Positions 1-8,295 of a DNA stretch of 40,508 bases are shown one piece after another; position 1 is the first letter of the stretch, and each line of letters begins with the position of its first letter. Origin of the DNA: a virus. The stretch lies in the IMG/VR virus record IMGVR_UViG_3300029385_000008, one strand, 5' to 3'. Position numbers and translations under genes: made by a program. The notes beneath the pieces were generated by a model. That model was not told where the DNA came from. It saw only the letters and a program-made list of their open reading frames with translations, and did not search any database.

Positions 1-123
1 AGCTGGGTGCCGTGTGTTCGCAATCGTGGAACATGACCATAAGTGACACTGAAACAGCGTTTCTTGGTAAAGAGTATGACACATATCTGTATCTCGTAGA
101 CTACGAAACTAGCGGCATACTTG
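1..123. repeat. Terminal direct repeat, copy 1 (identical to 40386-40508)
   Basis: Direct reading: agctgggtgccgtgtgttcg...aaactagcggcatacttg at 1-123 recurs with no mismatch at the window end. Confidence 0.95.
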
Positions 124-926
124 GCGACGAAAAAATACCAATGGGACGTTTCACCTGCGTGAAGTCAAAAAAGTCGGGCGGCAGCGTTCAGCTGACAATG
201 GCGGACAGACTGTACTTTTCGGATAAACCATATGTGCCGCATATCCCTATGCCAAACTGGAATAAAGCCGTTGAAGACGACATTTGCAGACAGCTTGGCT
301 TGCAGAACGGCAATGATTATACAGAGGTGCGACTACTGCGTGACAAGAACGGCAGAAGGCTGATAGATAAGAACGGCAAGGTGCTGTACTCAAAGTATTT
401 CTATTTCAAGGTCAGCTCAGTGCCAAAGGACGTGACCATGCGGCAAATGCTGTCTTACCTTGCCTCAGCTCAGGGACAGTTCGGGTATGTTGACAGGTAC
501 GGAAAGTACGTCCGAAAGTGGTATGGCAAGTCTGTGAAAACATTGGATAACAATACGATAGACCTGCCAACACTGTCAGAAAGGCAGAACGCTATCGTGG
601 GCATTATCTGCAAAGTGAGTGATGATGTAACGTTGTCGCTTGGTGTGACAGATACAACACAGGGACGTGTGCTAGAGTTTGAAAATCCATACATGACAGA
701 GTCTTTGCTACAATCTCTGTGGCGCAGGATAGGAGGTTTTTCGTGGTACACTACCGAATTGTACCACAGACTTGGTGACCCACGTTTCGACATAGGTGAC
801 GTGGTGACCTACACCAACGGCGCAGACAGCTATGACATACCAATAACGAATTTAGGATTTACCTTTGACGGCGGACTGAGTGCTGATATTTCGGCGGTAG
901 GTTTGTCGGTAGAAGAACAGCTTTAA
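1..926 (+). CDS. Tail-tip/baseplate-hub-like structural protein, 3' portion (continues the ORF starting at 40232 across the junction; joined 1080 nt, 359 aa)
   Basis: The frame of ORF 12..926 is open back to base 1 (..ELGAVCSQSWNM..). The same residues are read at the window end in frame with ATG 40232. The gene follows the tape measure and a small tail gene. Confidence 0.8.
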   Translation, partial: LGAVCSQSWNMTISDTETAFLGKEYDTYLYLVDYETSGILGDEKIPMGRFTCVKSKKSGGSVQLTMADRLYFSDKPYVPHIPMPNWNKAVEDDICRQLGLQNGNDYTEVRLLRDKNGRRLIDKNGKVLYSKYFYFKVSSVPKDVTMRQMLSYLASAQGQFGYVDRYGKYVRKWYGKSVKTLDNNTIDLPTLSERQNAIVGIICKVSDDVTLSLGVTDTTQGRVLEFENPYMTESLLQSLWRRIGGFSWYTTELYHRLGDPRFDIGDVVTYTNGADSYDIPITNLGFTFDGGLSADISAVGLSVEEQL

Positions 927-938
927 GGGGGTGAGATA

Positions 939-1307
939 ATGGCTGATGAAAATTTGACATTGACACAAGACATCACAGAAAATGACTATCCTATGCAACA
1001 CGCAGGTGAGGAAATCGATGAAATACTGAGCCGAGCCGGCAAGATACACTATGGCACTGTGGAATACAAGATGACGAAAGCGAATCCATTGATGCAGATA
1101 CCGCTTGGACTGACCTTTGCACCTAAACAGGTAATAGCAACGCTACGGCAGACAGACACACCAACACCATATCAGAACTACTGCACCCACGTTTATGGGT
1201 CAGGAACGTCATACTATATGAGTGTCTGCATGGGAGCTAATAACGGGCCAACATTGGAAACCGTTCCAACAGGAACATACTATGTTGACTACATTGCAAT
1301 AGAGTAA
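939..1307 (+). CDS. Hypothetical tail/baseplate-associated protein (122 aa)
   Basis: ORF track; GGGGGTGA RBS just upstream of the ATG; tightly packed between tail-tip and tail-fibre genes. Confidence 0.7.
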   Translation: MADENLTLTQDITENDYPMQHAGEEIDEILSRAGKIHYGTVEYKMTKANPLMQIPLGLTFAPKQVIATLRQTDTPTPYQNYCTHVYGSGTSYYMSVCMGANNGPTLETVPTGTYYVDYIAIE

Positions 1308-1321
1308 AGAGGGGTGATTAA

Positions 1322-3418
1322 ATGACGATAACATTAAATGCAGATTATGACGTAACACTGAACACTGCATTGCTGGGCTATGTCGGTGAAACTAATGCCC
1401 GTCCTGTGTCTGTCGAGGGCATGGAGATAGACGGCGCAGACCGCTATGTGCTAACGATAGACTACGGCGACGGCGTTCAGTACGAGGTCGATATCACAGG
1501 CGGACAGTGGACACCAACGGCTGATATACTGCGTTCAGCGCAGACAGTTTCGTGTCAGATATGTGCGAAAAAACTTTCAGGGCAGGAATACATACTGGTT
1601 AAAAAATCACGAATTTTCCGCCTGAGAATAGGTGCAGCTATCGGTGATAATGCTGTGCCGTCACCTGACGTGGCTATGGATGCGTTAGACCGCATAGATG
1701 CCATAGGCAGGCAGGCGCACGCAGATATGCAGACAGCTGTCACCGCCGCAGAAACGGCTACTACAGCGGCTGAAAACGCAAAAAAATCTGCCACAGCCGC
1801 AGAGAAATCAGCCGATACGGCAACGCAGGCGGCAAGCCGTGCGGAAACAGCACAGGCATCTGCAGAAACGTCCGCAACACAGGCAGACACCGCCATGCAG
1901 GGTGCAGAAAACGCACGTCAGCAGGCGGTCACATCACAGAATAACGCTAAAATATCCGCAGCGCAGGCGGCAACATCAGCACAGCAGACCGAAGCCGACA
2001 AGACCATAACGACAGGCTACGCAAAAACTGCAAAGACGGCGGCTGACAGCACTACGGCAGACAGACAGGCGGTGCAGACGTTGGCAGAACAGGTCACGGC
2101 TGACAAAACTACAGTGGCAGACCATGCCGCTAAGGTCGCAGAGGACAGAACAGCCGCTGAAACTGCTGCTCAGACAGCACAATCCATAGCTGATAGTCTG
2201 CCAGACGATTATGTGACAGCTGTCGGAAAAATCGCTGAAATAGCTAACCTAAAGCTGACGGATAAAGAATTGACAAGACGTGTAAATGCACTGTACGACA
2301 TTGGTCAGGGTGTGACGCATAAATTTGAAACCGATAGTGAAACGGCATACGTTAAGACAGTGCCGACAGGCGGTAAGCTGATGTCGGTGAAGTCTGTGGG
2401 CGGTCATTCTGAGGTCATTGACGGGGAAATTGTTAGTGCTGGGGTGACAGAGGTTGTGGAGCAGGGACGAAATTTGTTTGATGTTGAAAAATGTGCAGCA
2501 TTAGGTCTGTATTACGGTTTTGAAATTGACACAAATAAAACACTACAAATAGCCCTGAAAGACGAAAAAACGTGTCCGACAAATGTGTCGTTTGGAATTG
2601 TGTATGTTCATGGCAACACAATGGCAAACTGGCTGATTACATCGAATGGTGTCAGAGAAACTATAACAAATTCTAGGGATATGACCGATTCAACACAAAT
2701 TATGGTGGCATGTTATCCAGGTAACAAAGAAACCATGCAATCAATAGCTGACGCATTTGATATAATGCTTGTGGATGGTATATACAAATCAGATACCATG
2801 CCTGCCTACGCCCCCTACCACAGCAACGTTTACCCAATCCCAGAAACCATTAGGGCACTGCCTGGCTACGGTTGGAGTGCAGGAACGGCACGAAACTACG
2901 TTGATTATGAGAATAAACGATACGTTCAGTGCGTTGGGAATATGGATTTGGGAACGCTGGATTGGGAATTTAATACGACTTCCAGTGTTGGAAATCATTT
3001 CTATGCGTACGTGAAACATCTCAATTTTAAATATCTAGGTGTATTTGGAACAACCGTTTATAATGTATTGTGCAGTAAATATGTGACAGTTGCGAGAAGT
3101 TCCAATGTATTTGTCGATAAAACACTCACGCTAGACGGAGGTAGTACCACAGTTTCGCAAATTCAGGTCAAAGACACCACCTACACCGACGCAGCCGCAT
3201 TTAAACAGGCAATGCAGGGTGTTATCCTGTATTACGAACTAGCGAACCCTATCGTAACCGATATTTCAAACCTGATTGATGATGATTTCCTGCGAAATAT
3301 CGAAGTCGAAGCAGGCGGTTCAATCACGTTCAAAAACGGCAATGACAGCTATCTGATACCAGTTCAAAATGAAGAAGAATATATCGTGAAGCTGAGTGAA
3401 GTGGGAGGTACAACATGA
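1322..3418 (+). CDS. Tail fibre / receptor-binding protein with a central Ala/Thr/Gln-rich coiled-coil region (698 aa)
   Basis: ORF track; RBS AGAGGGGTGA. Long low-complexity AETA/AQA repeats (about aa 130-290) are followed by a globular C-terminal part. It is the last large gene before the lysis cassette. Confidence 0.8.
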   Translation: MTITLNADYDVTLNTALLGYVGETNARPVSVEGMEIDGADRYVLTIDYGDGVQYEVDITGGQWTPTADILRSAQTVSCQICAKKLSGQEYILVKKSRIFRLRIGAAIGDNAVPSPDVAMDALDRIDAIGRQAHADMQTAVTAAETATTAAENAKKSATAAEKSADTATQAASRAETAQASAETSATQADTAMQGAENARQQAVTSQNNAKISAAQAATSAQQTEADKTITTGYAKTAKTAADSTTADRQAVQTLAEQVTADKTTVADHAAKVAEDRTAAETAAQTAQSIADSLPDDYVTAVGKIAEIANLKLTDKELTRRVNALYDIGQGVTHKFETDSETAYVKTVPTGGKLMSVKSVGGHSEVIDGEIVSAGVTEVVEQGRNLFDVEKCAALGLYYGFEIDTNKTLQIALKDEKTCPTNVSFGIVYVHGNTMANWLITSNGVRETITNSRDMTDSTQIMVACYPGNKETMQSIADAFDIMLVDGIYKSDTMPAYAPYHSNVYPIPETIRALPGYGWSAGTARNYVDYENKRYVQCVGNMDLGTLDWEFNTTSSVGNHFYAYVKHLNFKYLGVFGTTVYNVLCSKYVTVARSSNVFVDKTLTLDGGSTTVSQIQVKDTTYTDAAAFKQAMQGVILYYELANPIVTDISNLIDDDFLRNIEVEAGGSITFKNGNDSYLIPVQNEEEYIVKLSEVGGTT

Positions 3419-3573
3419 CAGAGTTGCAGAAAAAGATGGTTGAGAAGTTAGGATTATCACAAGAAGACTTCCAACCAAAGAAGGCTACAAAGGTTGATGA
3501 GTTGGAAGCTCAGGTGCTATATACTGCACTGATGACTGATACTCTAATTGGAGAGGAAGAGGAAGATGTATAG
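3415..3573 (+). CDS. Small hypothetical protein (52 aa) at the tail-fibre/lysis junction, not in the ORF track
   Basis: The ATG overlaps the tail-fibre stop (ATGA). It translates as MTELQKKMVEKLGLSQEDFQPKKATKVDELEAQVLYTALMTDTLIGEEEEDV, and its stop overlaps the next start. Confidence 0.55.
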   Translation: MTELQKKMVEKLGLSQEDFQPKKATKVDELEAQVLYTALMTDTLIGEEEEDV

Positions 3574-3706
3574 AAAAGTCAAGAGGTTGTATGATTTAGG
3601 TTTGTACACTGCTGAGCAGGTCAAGGATTTTGCCGACAGGGGAAAAATAACCCCTGAGCAGTATGAGAAAATCACAGGACAGAAATATGAAAGTGAGGAG
3701 CAGTAA
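3566..3706 (+). CDS. xkdX: XkdX-like small phage protein (46 aa), not in the ORF track
   Basis: Translation is MYRKVKRLYDLGLYTAEQVKDFADRGKITPEQYEKITGQKYESEEQ. The ..ItpEQYekITG.. pattern and the position just before the holin match XkdX-family proteins as I recall them. The stop overlaps the holin ATG (TAATG). Confidence 0.65.
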   Translation: MYRKVKRLYDLGLYTAEQVKDFADRGKITPEQYEKITGQKYESEEQ

Positions 3707-4173
3707 TGAAAGAAAACACAACAAAAATAATAATATCAGCAATAGCCGCAGGGCTGTCAGCGTATTTCCGTGTTATGGCGATACCTATAGTCATTCTGGT
3801 ACTTGTGATGATCATTGACTACATTACAGGTATGTGGAAAGCATGGAATAGGGGTGAGTTGTCAAGCCGTGTCGGTCTTAAAGGGCTTTTCAAAAAGGTC
3901 GGCTACATATTTGTGGTGGCGGTGTCAGGCGTACTTGATTGGCTCTTTATCTCAGGACTTTCGCAGATAGGCATTGAGGTAAACGTCAGCTTTTACTTTG
4001 GCCTTATCGTGACGATATGGTTTATCATCAACGAGTGTATTTCTATCTTGGAAAATCTTGCGGTGATAGGTATACCACTGCCGTCATTCTTGGTGAAAAT
4101 CGTACACAAACTGAAAATCACAGTGGAAAACAAAGTGGATACAAACGAAGATACAAACGAAAGTGAGGAATAG
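3706..4173 (+). CDS. Phage holin (holin_4_1/TcdE-like, multi-TM, acidic C-tail)
   Basis: Three or four hydrophobic segments and a charged C-terminus (DTNEDTNESEE). It lies immediately upstream of the endolysin. Confidence 0.85.
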   Translation: MKENTTKIIISAIAAGLSAYFRVMAIPIVILVLVMIIDYITGMWKAWNRGELSSRVGLKGLFKKVGYIFVVAVSGVLDWLFISGLSQIGIEVNVSFYFGLIVTIWFIINECISILENLAVIGIPLPSFLVKIVHKLKITVENKVDTNEDTNESEE

Positions 4174-4176
4174 AAA

Positions 4177-4857
4177 ATGACATATGATGAGTTTATCAAG
4201 AAGCACAATGGTGTAGCTGTTAACTATGACGGCGCAGCAGGCAAACAATGTGTAGACCTTGCAACGGCATATTTCAACGAGGTCTTCGGCTCAGGTATCA
4301 AGAATTTCTGGTATGACGCACATCACTTTTGGGATTTATTCGACAAGAACACTTGGCTGAAAGCAAATTTCACAAAGGTAAAGAACACGCCAAGTTTCGT
4401 GCCGAAAAAGGGTGATGTAGCGATATGGTCAGGCACGTTGAATGGCGGCTGGGGTCACATAGCAATCTGCACCGGTGAGGGCAACACGAGTTATTTTTAT
4501 TCGTATGACCAAAACTGGAGCGGAAAAGCTTGCACTAAGGTCAAGCATACTTACGACCACATTGCAGGCTTCCTGAGACCAAAGAACCAGAGCAAGATAA
4601 GTGCGAAAGTGCTTGACAAGACAGGCTACAAGCAGGGCAACAAAACAAACGGTGTGCTTGCACTCAAGGAACTGCTGCTTCTTGCAAAGGCGGTCAAGCT
4701 TCACAGTGTGGGCATGGACAAGAACGGTACATACGGAAAAGGTACTGCAAAGGCAGTTAATACCCTGCTGAAAAAGTGGGGATATTATGAGAACGGTATC
4801 GCAGGCGTGAACTTCATCAAGAAGCTCAGCGACGAGATTACAAAGAAGATAAAGTAG
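4177..4857 (+). CDS. Endolysin: N-terminal CHAP-type amidase/peptidase plus C-terminal peptidoglycan-binding repeat
   Basis: Cys (GKQCVDLA) and His (GWGHIAICTG) motifs typical of CHAP. The C-terminal part (NGVLALKELL..GTYGKGTAKAVNTLLKKWG) resembles PG_binding_1. It follows the holin. Confidence 0.85.
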   Translation: MTYDEFIKKHNGVAVNYDGAAGKQCVDLATAYFNEVFGSGIKNFWYDAHHFWDLFDKNTWLKANFTKVKNTPSFVPKKGDVAIWSGTLNGGWGHIAICTGEGNTSYFYSYDQNWSGKACTKVKHTYDHIAGFLRPKNQSKISAKVLDKTGYKQGNKTNGVLALKELLLLAKAVKLHSVGMDKNGTYGKGTAKAVNTLLKKWGYYENGIAGVNFIKKLSDEITKKIK

Positions 4858-4866
4858 ACAGTAAGA

Positions 4867-4904
4867 CAGCCGACAGGGATTATTCCTTGTCGGCTGATTT
4901 TGTT
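4867..4904 (+). terminator. Rho-independent terminator after the lysis cassette
   Basis: 12-bp stem cagccgacaggg/ccttgtcggctg (one G-T pair) followed by attttgtt. Confidence 0.8.
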
Positions 4905-4992
4905 ATGAAGCACCAAAGCACTATGTTCTATTTCTGATAACTGCTGATTAAAACAACATCAACAATTCAGGAAAACTTTTTTGAAAAATCAC

Positions 4993-5021
4993 TTGACAAA
5001 GTTAAATTGATGTGTTATAAT
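4993..5021 (+). promoter_or_regulatory. Near-consensus promoter for the XRE/M78 cassette
   Basis: TTGACA (4993-4998), 17-nt spacer, TGtTATAAT extended -10 (5013-5021). Confidence 0.75.
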
Positions 5022-5048
5022 AGTATCATCGAAGGGAGGGCGTAAAAG

Positions 5049-5405
5049 ATGTTGACAGAAATCGGCAAATTTCTCAGAAGATATCGTATTGACAATGGTC
5101 TCCTACTTAAGGATATGGCTGGTAAAGTTGGAGTTACATCAGCCTACTTGTCTGCTGTTGAAAATGGCAAGAAACGGCCAACCGAAGATTTAGTGGGTAA
5201 GATCATAAACGCTTATGATTTGGATTCGGAAAAGGCAATAGAGCTTAAGGAAGCTTATTTCCGGAGCGTAAACGAAATCTCAATTAGCACAGCAGGGTAT
5301 TCGACCGAGCAAACAAATTTGGGACTTATCTTTGCACGGAAGATTGACTCGCTTACAAGTGATGAGATTAACAGTTTAATTAAAATTCTTGATAGTAAGA
5401 GGTGA
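5049..5405 (+). CDS. XRE-family helix-turn-helix protein (118 aa)
   Basis: LRRYRIDNGLLLKDMAGKVGVTSAYLSAVENGKKRP is a classic Xre/Cro HTH; RBS GAAGGGAGGG. Confidence 0.85.
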   Translation: MLTEIGKFLRRYRIDNGLLLKDMAGKVGVTSAYLSAVENGKKRPTEDLVGKIINAYDLDSEKAIELKEAYFRSVNEISISTAGYSTEQTNLGLIFARKIDSLTSDEINSLIKILDSKR

Positions 5406-5411
5406 TCAGTA

Positions 5412-5942
5412 TTGAGTCAATTCATCGCAAAACCGATGAGCACAGATGACATTTTACATTTGACCAACAGACTTCGCAGAAAACTCAACTTATACGATCG
5501 TACATATTTTCCGATTGTTGAGTTCATAGAAACTGTGTTGCCTGAAATAGACCCAAAATTTTCGTATTTATATGTTGCTAAAAATGAGATGCCCGATACA
5601 TACGCATATTTTGATAACGTGGCAAACAGTATTGTCGTCCGTGAAGATGTTTATGATAGAGCGTTAAATGGTAGTGGACGTGACAGGTTTACGTTGGCAC
5701 ACGAGCTAGGGCATTATGTTCTTCATAGTTCAGGTGTGCAGTTGTGTAGGAGTGACGGCGGACGTGTTGTTACATATTGTGATCCAGAATGGCAGGCTAA
5801 CACATTTGCAAGTAAATTGCTTATGCCGGATCATCTGATATACACGCTGACACCGTCAGAAATTTCAAAAGAATTTGGCACGTCTTATCAGGCAGCGGAA
5901 ATTGCTCTATGTAAAGCAAAAAAAGCCAAGCTCGCAACTTGA
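5412..5942 (+). CDS. ImmA/IrrE-family (M78) zinc metallopeptidase (176 aa, TTG start)
   Basis: HEXXH motif LAHELGHYVLH; RBS AAGAGGTGA; lies 6 nt after the XRE gene stop. Confidence 0.8.
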   Translation: MSQFIAKPMSTDDILHLTNRLRRKLNLYDRTYFPIVEFIETVLPEIDPKFSYLYVAKNEMPDTYAYFDNVANSIVVREDVYDRALNGSGRDRFTLAHELGHYVLHSSGVQLCRSDGGRVVTYCDPEWQANTFASKLLMPDHLIYTLTPSEISKEFGTSYQAAEIALCKAKKAKLAT

Positions 5943-6061
5943 CTTTTCATACCACTTGCTATCGAAACTGTGTTTGTCAGCAATGTATTCTCAACAATTA
6001 CATTATATCATAGTTCTTTCGAGTTTGCAAGGGGTTTTATAAACTTTTTTGCAAAGGGGGA

Positions 6062-6181
6062 ATGTCTATGTACATTTTCACGGCGTATATTACGTCGAAA
6101 GATGGACGCAGACTCTATGCTAAACAGTATGGCATGAAGGCGTTCCGTATCTGGATTGATGACGATAGGGTAAAAAAATAA
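6062..6181 (+). CDS. Unlisted 39-aa basic small protein (MSMYIFTAYITSKDGRRLYAKQYGMKAFRIWIDDDRVKK)
   Basis: AAGGGGG RBS 4-5 nt before the ATG; clean stop; strong terminator 45 nt downstream. It is below the ORF-track size cut-off. Confidence 0.55.
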   Translation: MSMYIFTAYITSKDGRRLYAKQYGMKAFRIWIDDDRVKK

Positions 6182-6225
6182 GATAGACAGTGTGTGTGCT
6201 GACAACATACTTCTGCAACAATTAA

Positions 6226-6272
6226 AACAGCCGTCTCGGACTTTTTATGGGTCTGAGGCGGCTGTTTTTTTT
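6226..6272 (+). terminator. Rho-independent terminator closing the XRE/M78/small-ORF cassette
   Basis: Stem aacagccgtctcgga/tctgaggcggctgtt (two G-T pairs) followed by T8. Confidence 0.85.
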
Positions 6273-6417
6273 GCTTGCTGAAATCCAAGCGACCGCAAGT
6301 TTCAACACAACCCTAAACACAACCCTATCGCAAAAATTCACAGCATATCACAAAACATCACACAAAACAAAAACAGCTATCAAACCACGCATTTACGCAA
6401 TTTAATAGCTGTTTTGC

Positions 6418-6493
<76 letters not shown>

Positions 6494-6512
6494 AAACCAA
6501 TTACAGTAATAT

Positions 6513-6541
6513 ATTATACACTATCTCTGCCGCTTTGTCAA
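6513..6541 (-). promoter_or_regulatory. Perfect sigma-70-type promoter for tRNA-Thr
   Basis: On the minus strand: TTGACA (6541-6536), 17-nt spacer, TATAAT (6518-6513). The tRNA starts 19 nt after the -10. Confidence 0.8.
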
Positions 6542-6559
6542 GCCCTTTTCACAACTTTT

Positions 6560-7450
6560 TTACTCTATTCCCTCATCATCATCGTCATCTGCCTGAACAC
6601 TTGGGTCGTAATCATCGTATGTGTCCATAAAATTGTACTTCTTACCCTTGTATTCGTATTGTATCACAGTGCGCAGATTGACGTTGTAAACGCTCTTGAA
6701 AATATTGTTTTCAATGTTGGGATTGGTGGCACGAAACTTTGCTATAAGCTCCTTCATTTCCTGCCGCTTTGATACCTCACCCTTTTTCTCTGACCCCTCG
6801 TAGCTCTCAGTGAAACGGCAGGCACAGCGGATAAAATGCAGATCGTTCTGCTCCACCCAGCGGATAATGTCCGCCTCTTTCACCATGTACAGTGGTCTGA
6901 TAAGCTCCATGCCTGCGTAGTTCCTCGAGCGTAGCTTCGGCATCATAGTCTGAATCTGTCCTCCATATACCATGCTCATGAGTATGGTTTCTATAACATC
7001 ATCAAAATGATGTCCCAAAGCTATCTTGTTGCACCCAAGATCCTGTGCAAATTTGTAAAGCCAGCCACGCCTCATTCTTGCACAAAGATAGCATGGGTTG
7101 CGTTTTGTGTTGTATGCAATGTCAAAGACTTTCGTCTCAAACATCTTTATGGGTATGCCCATAAGCGCCGCATTGTCGATTATCCTCTGCCTGTTTGCGT
7201 CGCTGTAACCGGGGTTCATTACAATAAACTCCAGCCCTATGTCCATGCCCTGATATTTCTGCAAATGCTGCATACACTTAGCAAGAAGCATTGAGTCCTT
7301 GCCGCCTGATATGCACACCGCTATTTTGTCCCCTGGCTTTATCATATCGTAACGCTCATATCCCATAACGAACTTGTTCCATATATCTCTGCGAAAATCA
7401 GTAACGATGCTCCGCTCTATCTTCTGCTGTGGCGTCAATATTCTTGACAT
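6560..7450 (-). CDS. ttcA: TtcA-family PP-loop ATPase (tRNA 2-thiocytidine synthase-like), acidic C-tail
   Basis: PP-loop CISGGKDS. Cys motifs CYLCARMRR and CACRF are typical of the Fe-S TtcA/TtuA group. 296 aa. Confidence 0.8.
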   Translation of the reverse strand: MSRILTPQQKIERSIVTDFRRDIWNKFVMGYERYDMIKPGDKIAVCISGGKDSMLLAKCMQHLQKYQGMDIGLEFIVMNPGYSDANRQRIIDNAALMGIPIKMFETKVFDIAYNTKRNPCYLCARMRRGWLYKFAQDLGCNKIALGHHFDDVIETILMSMVYGGQIQTMMPKLRSRNYAGMELIRPLYMVKEADIIRWVEQNDLHFIRCACRFTESYEGSEKKGEVSKRQEMKELIAKFRATNPNIENNIFKSVYNVNLRTVIQYEYKGKKYNFMDTYDDYDPSVQADDDDDEGIE

Positions 7451-7480
7451 CTCAAACTCTCCTTAAAATCATATACTTAA

Positions 7481-7549
7481 ATTCTACTATTTTTATGGAA
7501 ATTTGTCAACCATATTCATGTTGACATTATATTGTGATATTGTTATAAT
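7481..7549. promoter_or_regulatory. Back-to-back divergent promoters for the TtcA-like (minus) and CYTH (plus) genes
   Basis: Minus strand: TTGACA (7509-7504), 17 nt, TAGAAT (7486-7481). Plus strand: TTGACA (7521-7526), 17 nt, TGtTATAAT (7541-7549). Confidence 0.7.
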
Positions 7550-7578
7550 AGAATAAAGTATTAAAGCAGGAGGATATT

Positions 7579-8136
7579 ATGAGCGAAAATATAGAACGTG
7601 AGATAAAAATTTCTCTCACACAGGAGCAGTACAAGACCGCCGAAAAGCTTTTTCAGTGGGGCAAAATAATAGAGCAGACCAATTTTTATTATATTCCACA
7701 GCAGGATACGGGCATGACAAGTATCCGTGTCAGGCAGATAGGCGAAAAGTATTTTTTGCAGCTTAAAGCACCTATCTCCGAAAACGGTGCGCTTCATGTG
7801 AAAAAAGAGTATGAACAACAGCTTGACAGCCTGCCTGAAACGCTCACCGCACAGGAGCTTTCACAGCTTGTGGGGAGAGATTTCCCTGCCGCTGACCTTG
7901 CAGGCTCTTTGCATACTCAGCGCAAGCTCTGCACCGATTTTGACCATGTTGAGATATGCCTTGACAAAAGCGAATATCTCGGCTTGACAGACTATGAGCT
8001 GGAGCTTGAATATACAGCCGACTATCCCGAAAAGCCTTTGGAGATACTGAAAAATGCAGGTATCACACAGGGAGAAGCGGTAATAGGCAAGTATGCAAGA
8101 TTTATGGATAGGGCTAAAAAGCTTGGTAAGTGCTGA
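7579..8136 (+). CDS. CYTH-domain (triphosphate tunnel metalloenzyme) protein (185 aa)
   Basis: N-terminal ExExK signature (EREIKI), later acidic strands (YELELEY) and a size typical of CYTH; RBS GCAGGAGGA. Confidence 0.75.
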   Translation: MSENIEREIKISLTQEQYKTAEKLFQWGKIIEQTNFYYIPQQDTGMTSIRVRQIGEKYFLQLKAPISENGALHVKKEYEQQLDSLPETLTAQELSQLVGRDFPAADLAGSLHTQRKLCTDFDHVEICLDKSEYLGLTDYELELEYTADYPEKPLEILKNAGITQGEAVIGKYARFMDRAKKLGKC

Positions 8137-8295
8137 TTTTCGCCTATCTGCGGTCATTTTCTATGAAAAAGCACCCACAGCCTGCAAAGGTTTGGGCAAT
8201 AATGATAATTGACAGTGACGTTATAATATGTTATTATATTAAAGTGTTAAAACGTATGAAATGGTATTTTGACGATACCCGAAAGGAAGTTAATA

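Noticed and set aside
1555-2182. Ala-rich minus-strand ORFs, and the apparent nucleotide repetitiveness of the tail-fibre middle, as a possible DGR variable region or tandem repeat.
   Set aside because: The repetitiveness reflects GCN/ACN/CAG codons of an Ala/Thr/Gln coiled coil. No second template-like copy exists elsewhere in the window, and no reverse transcriptase gene is present.
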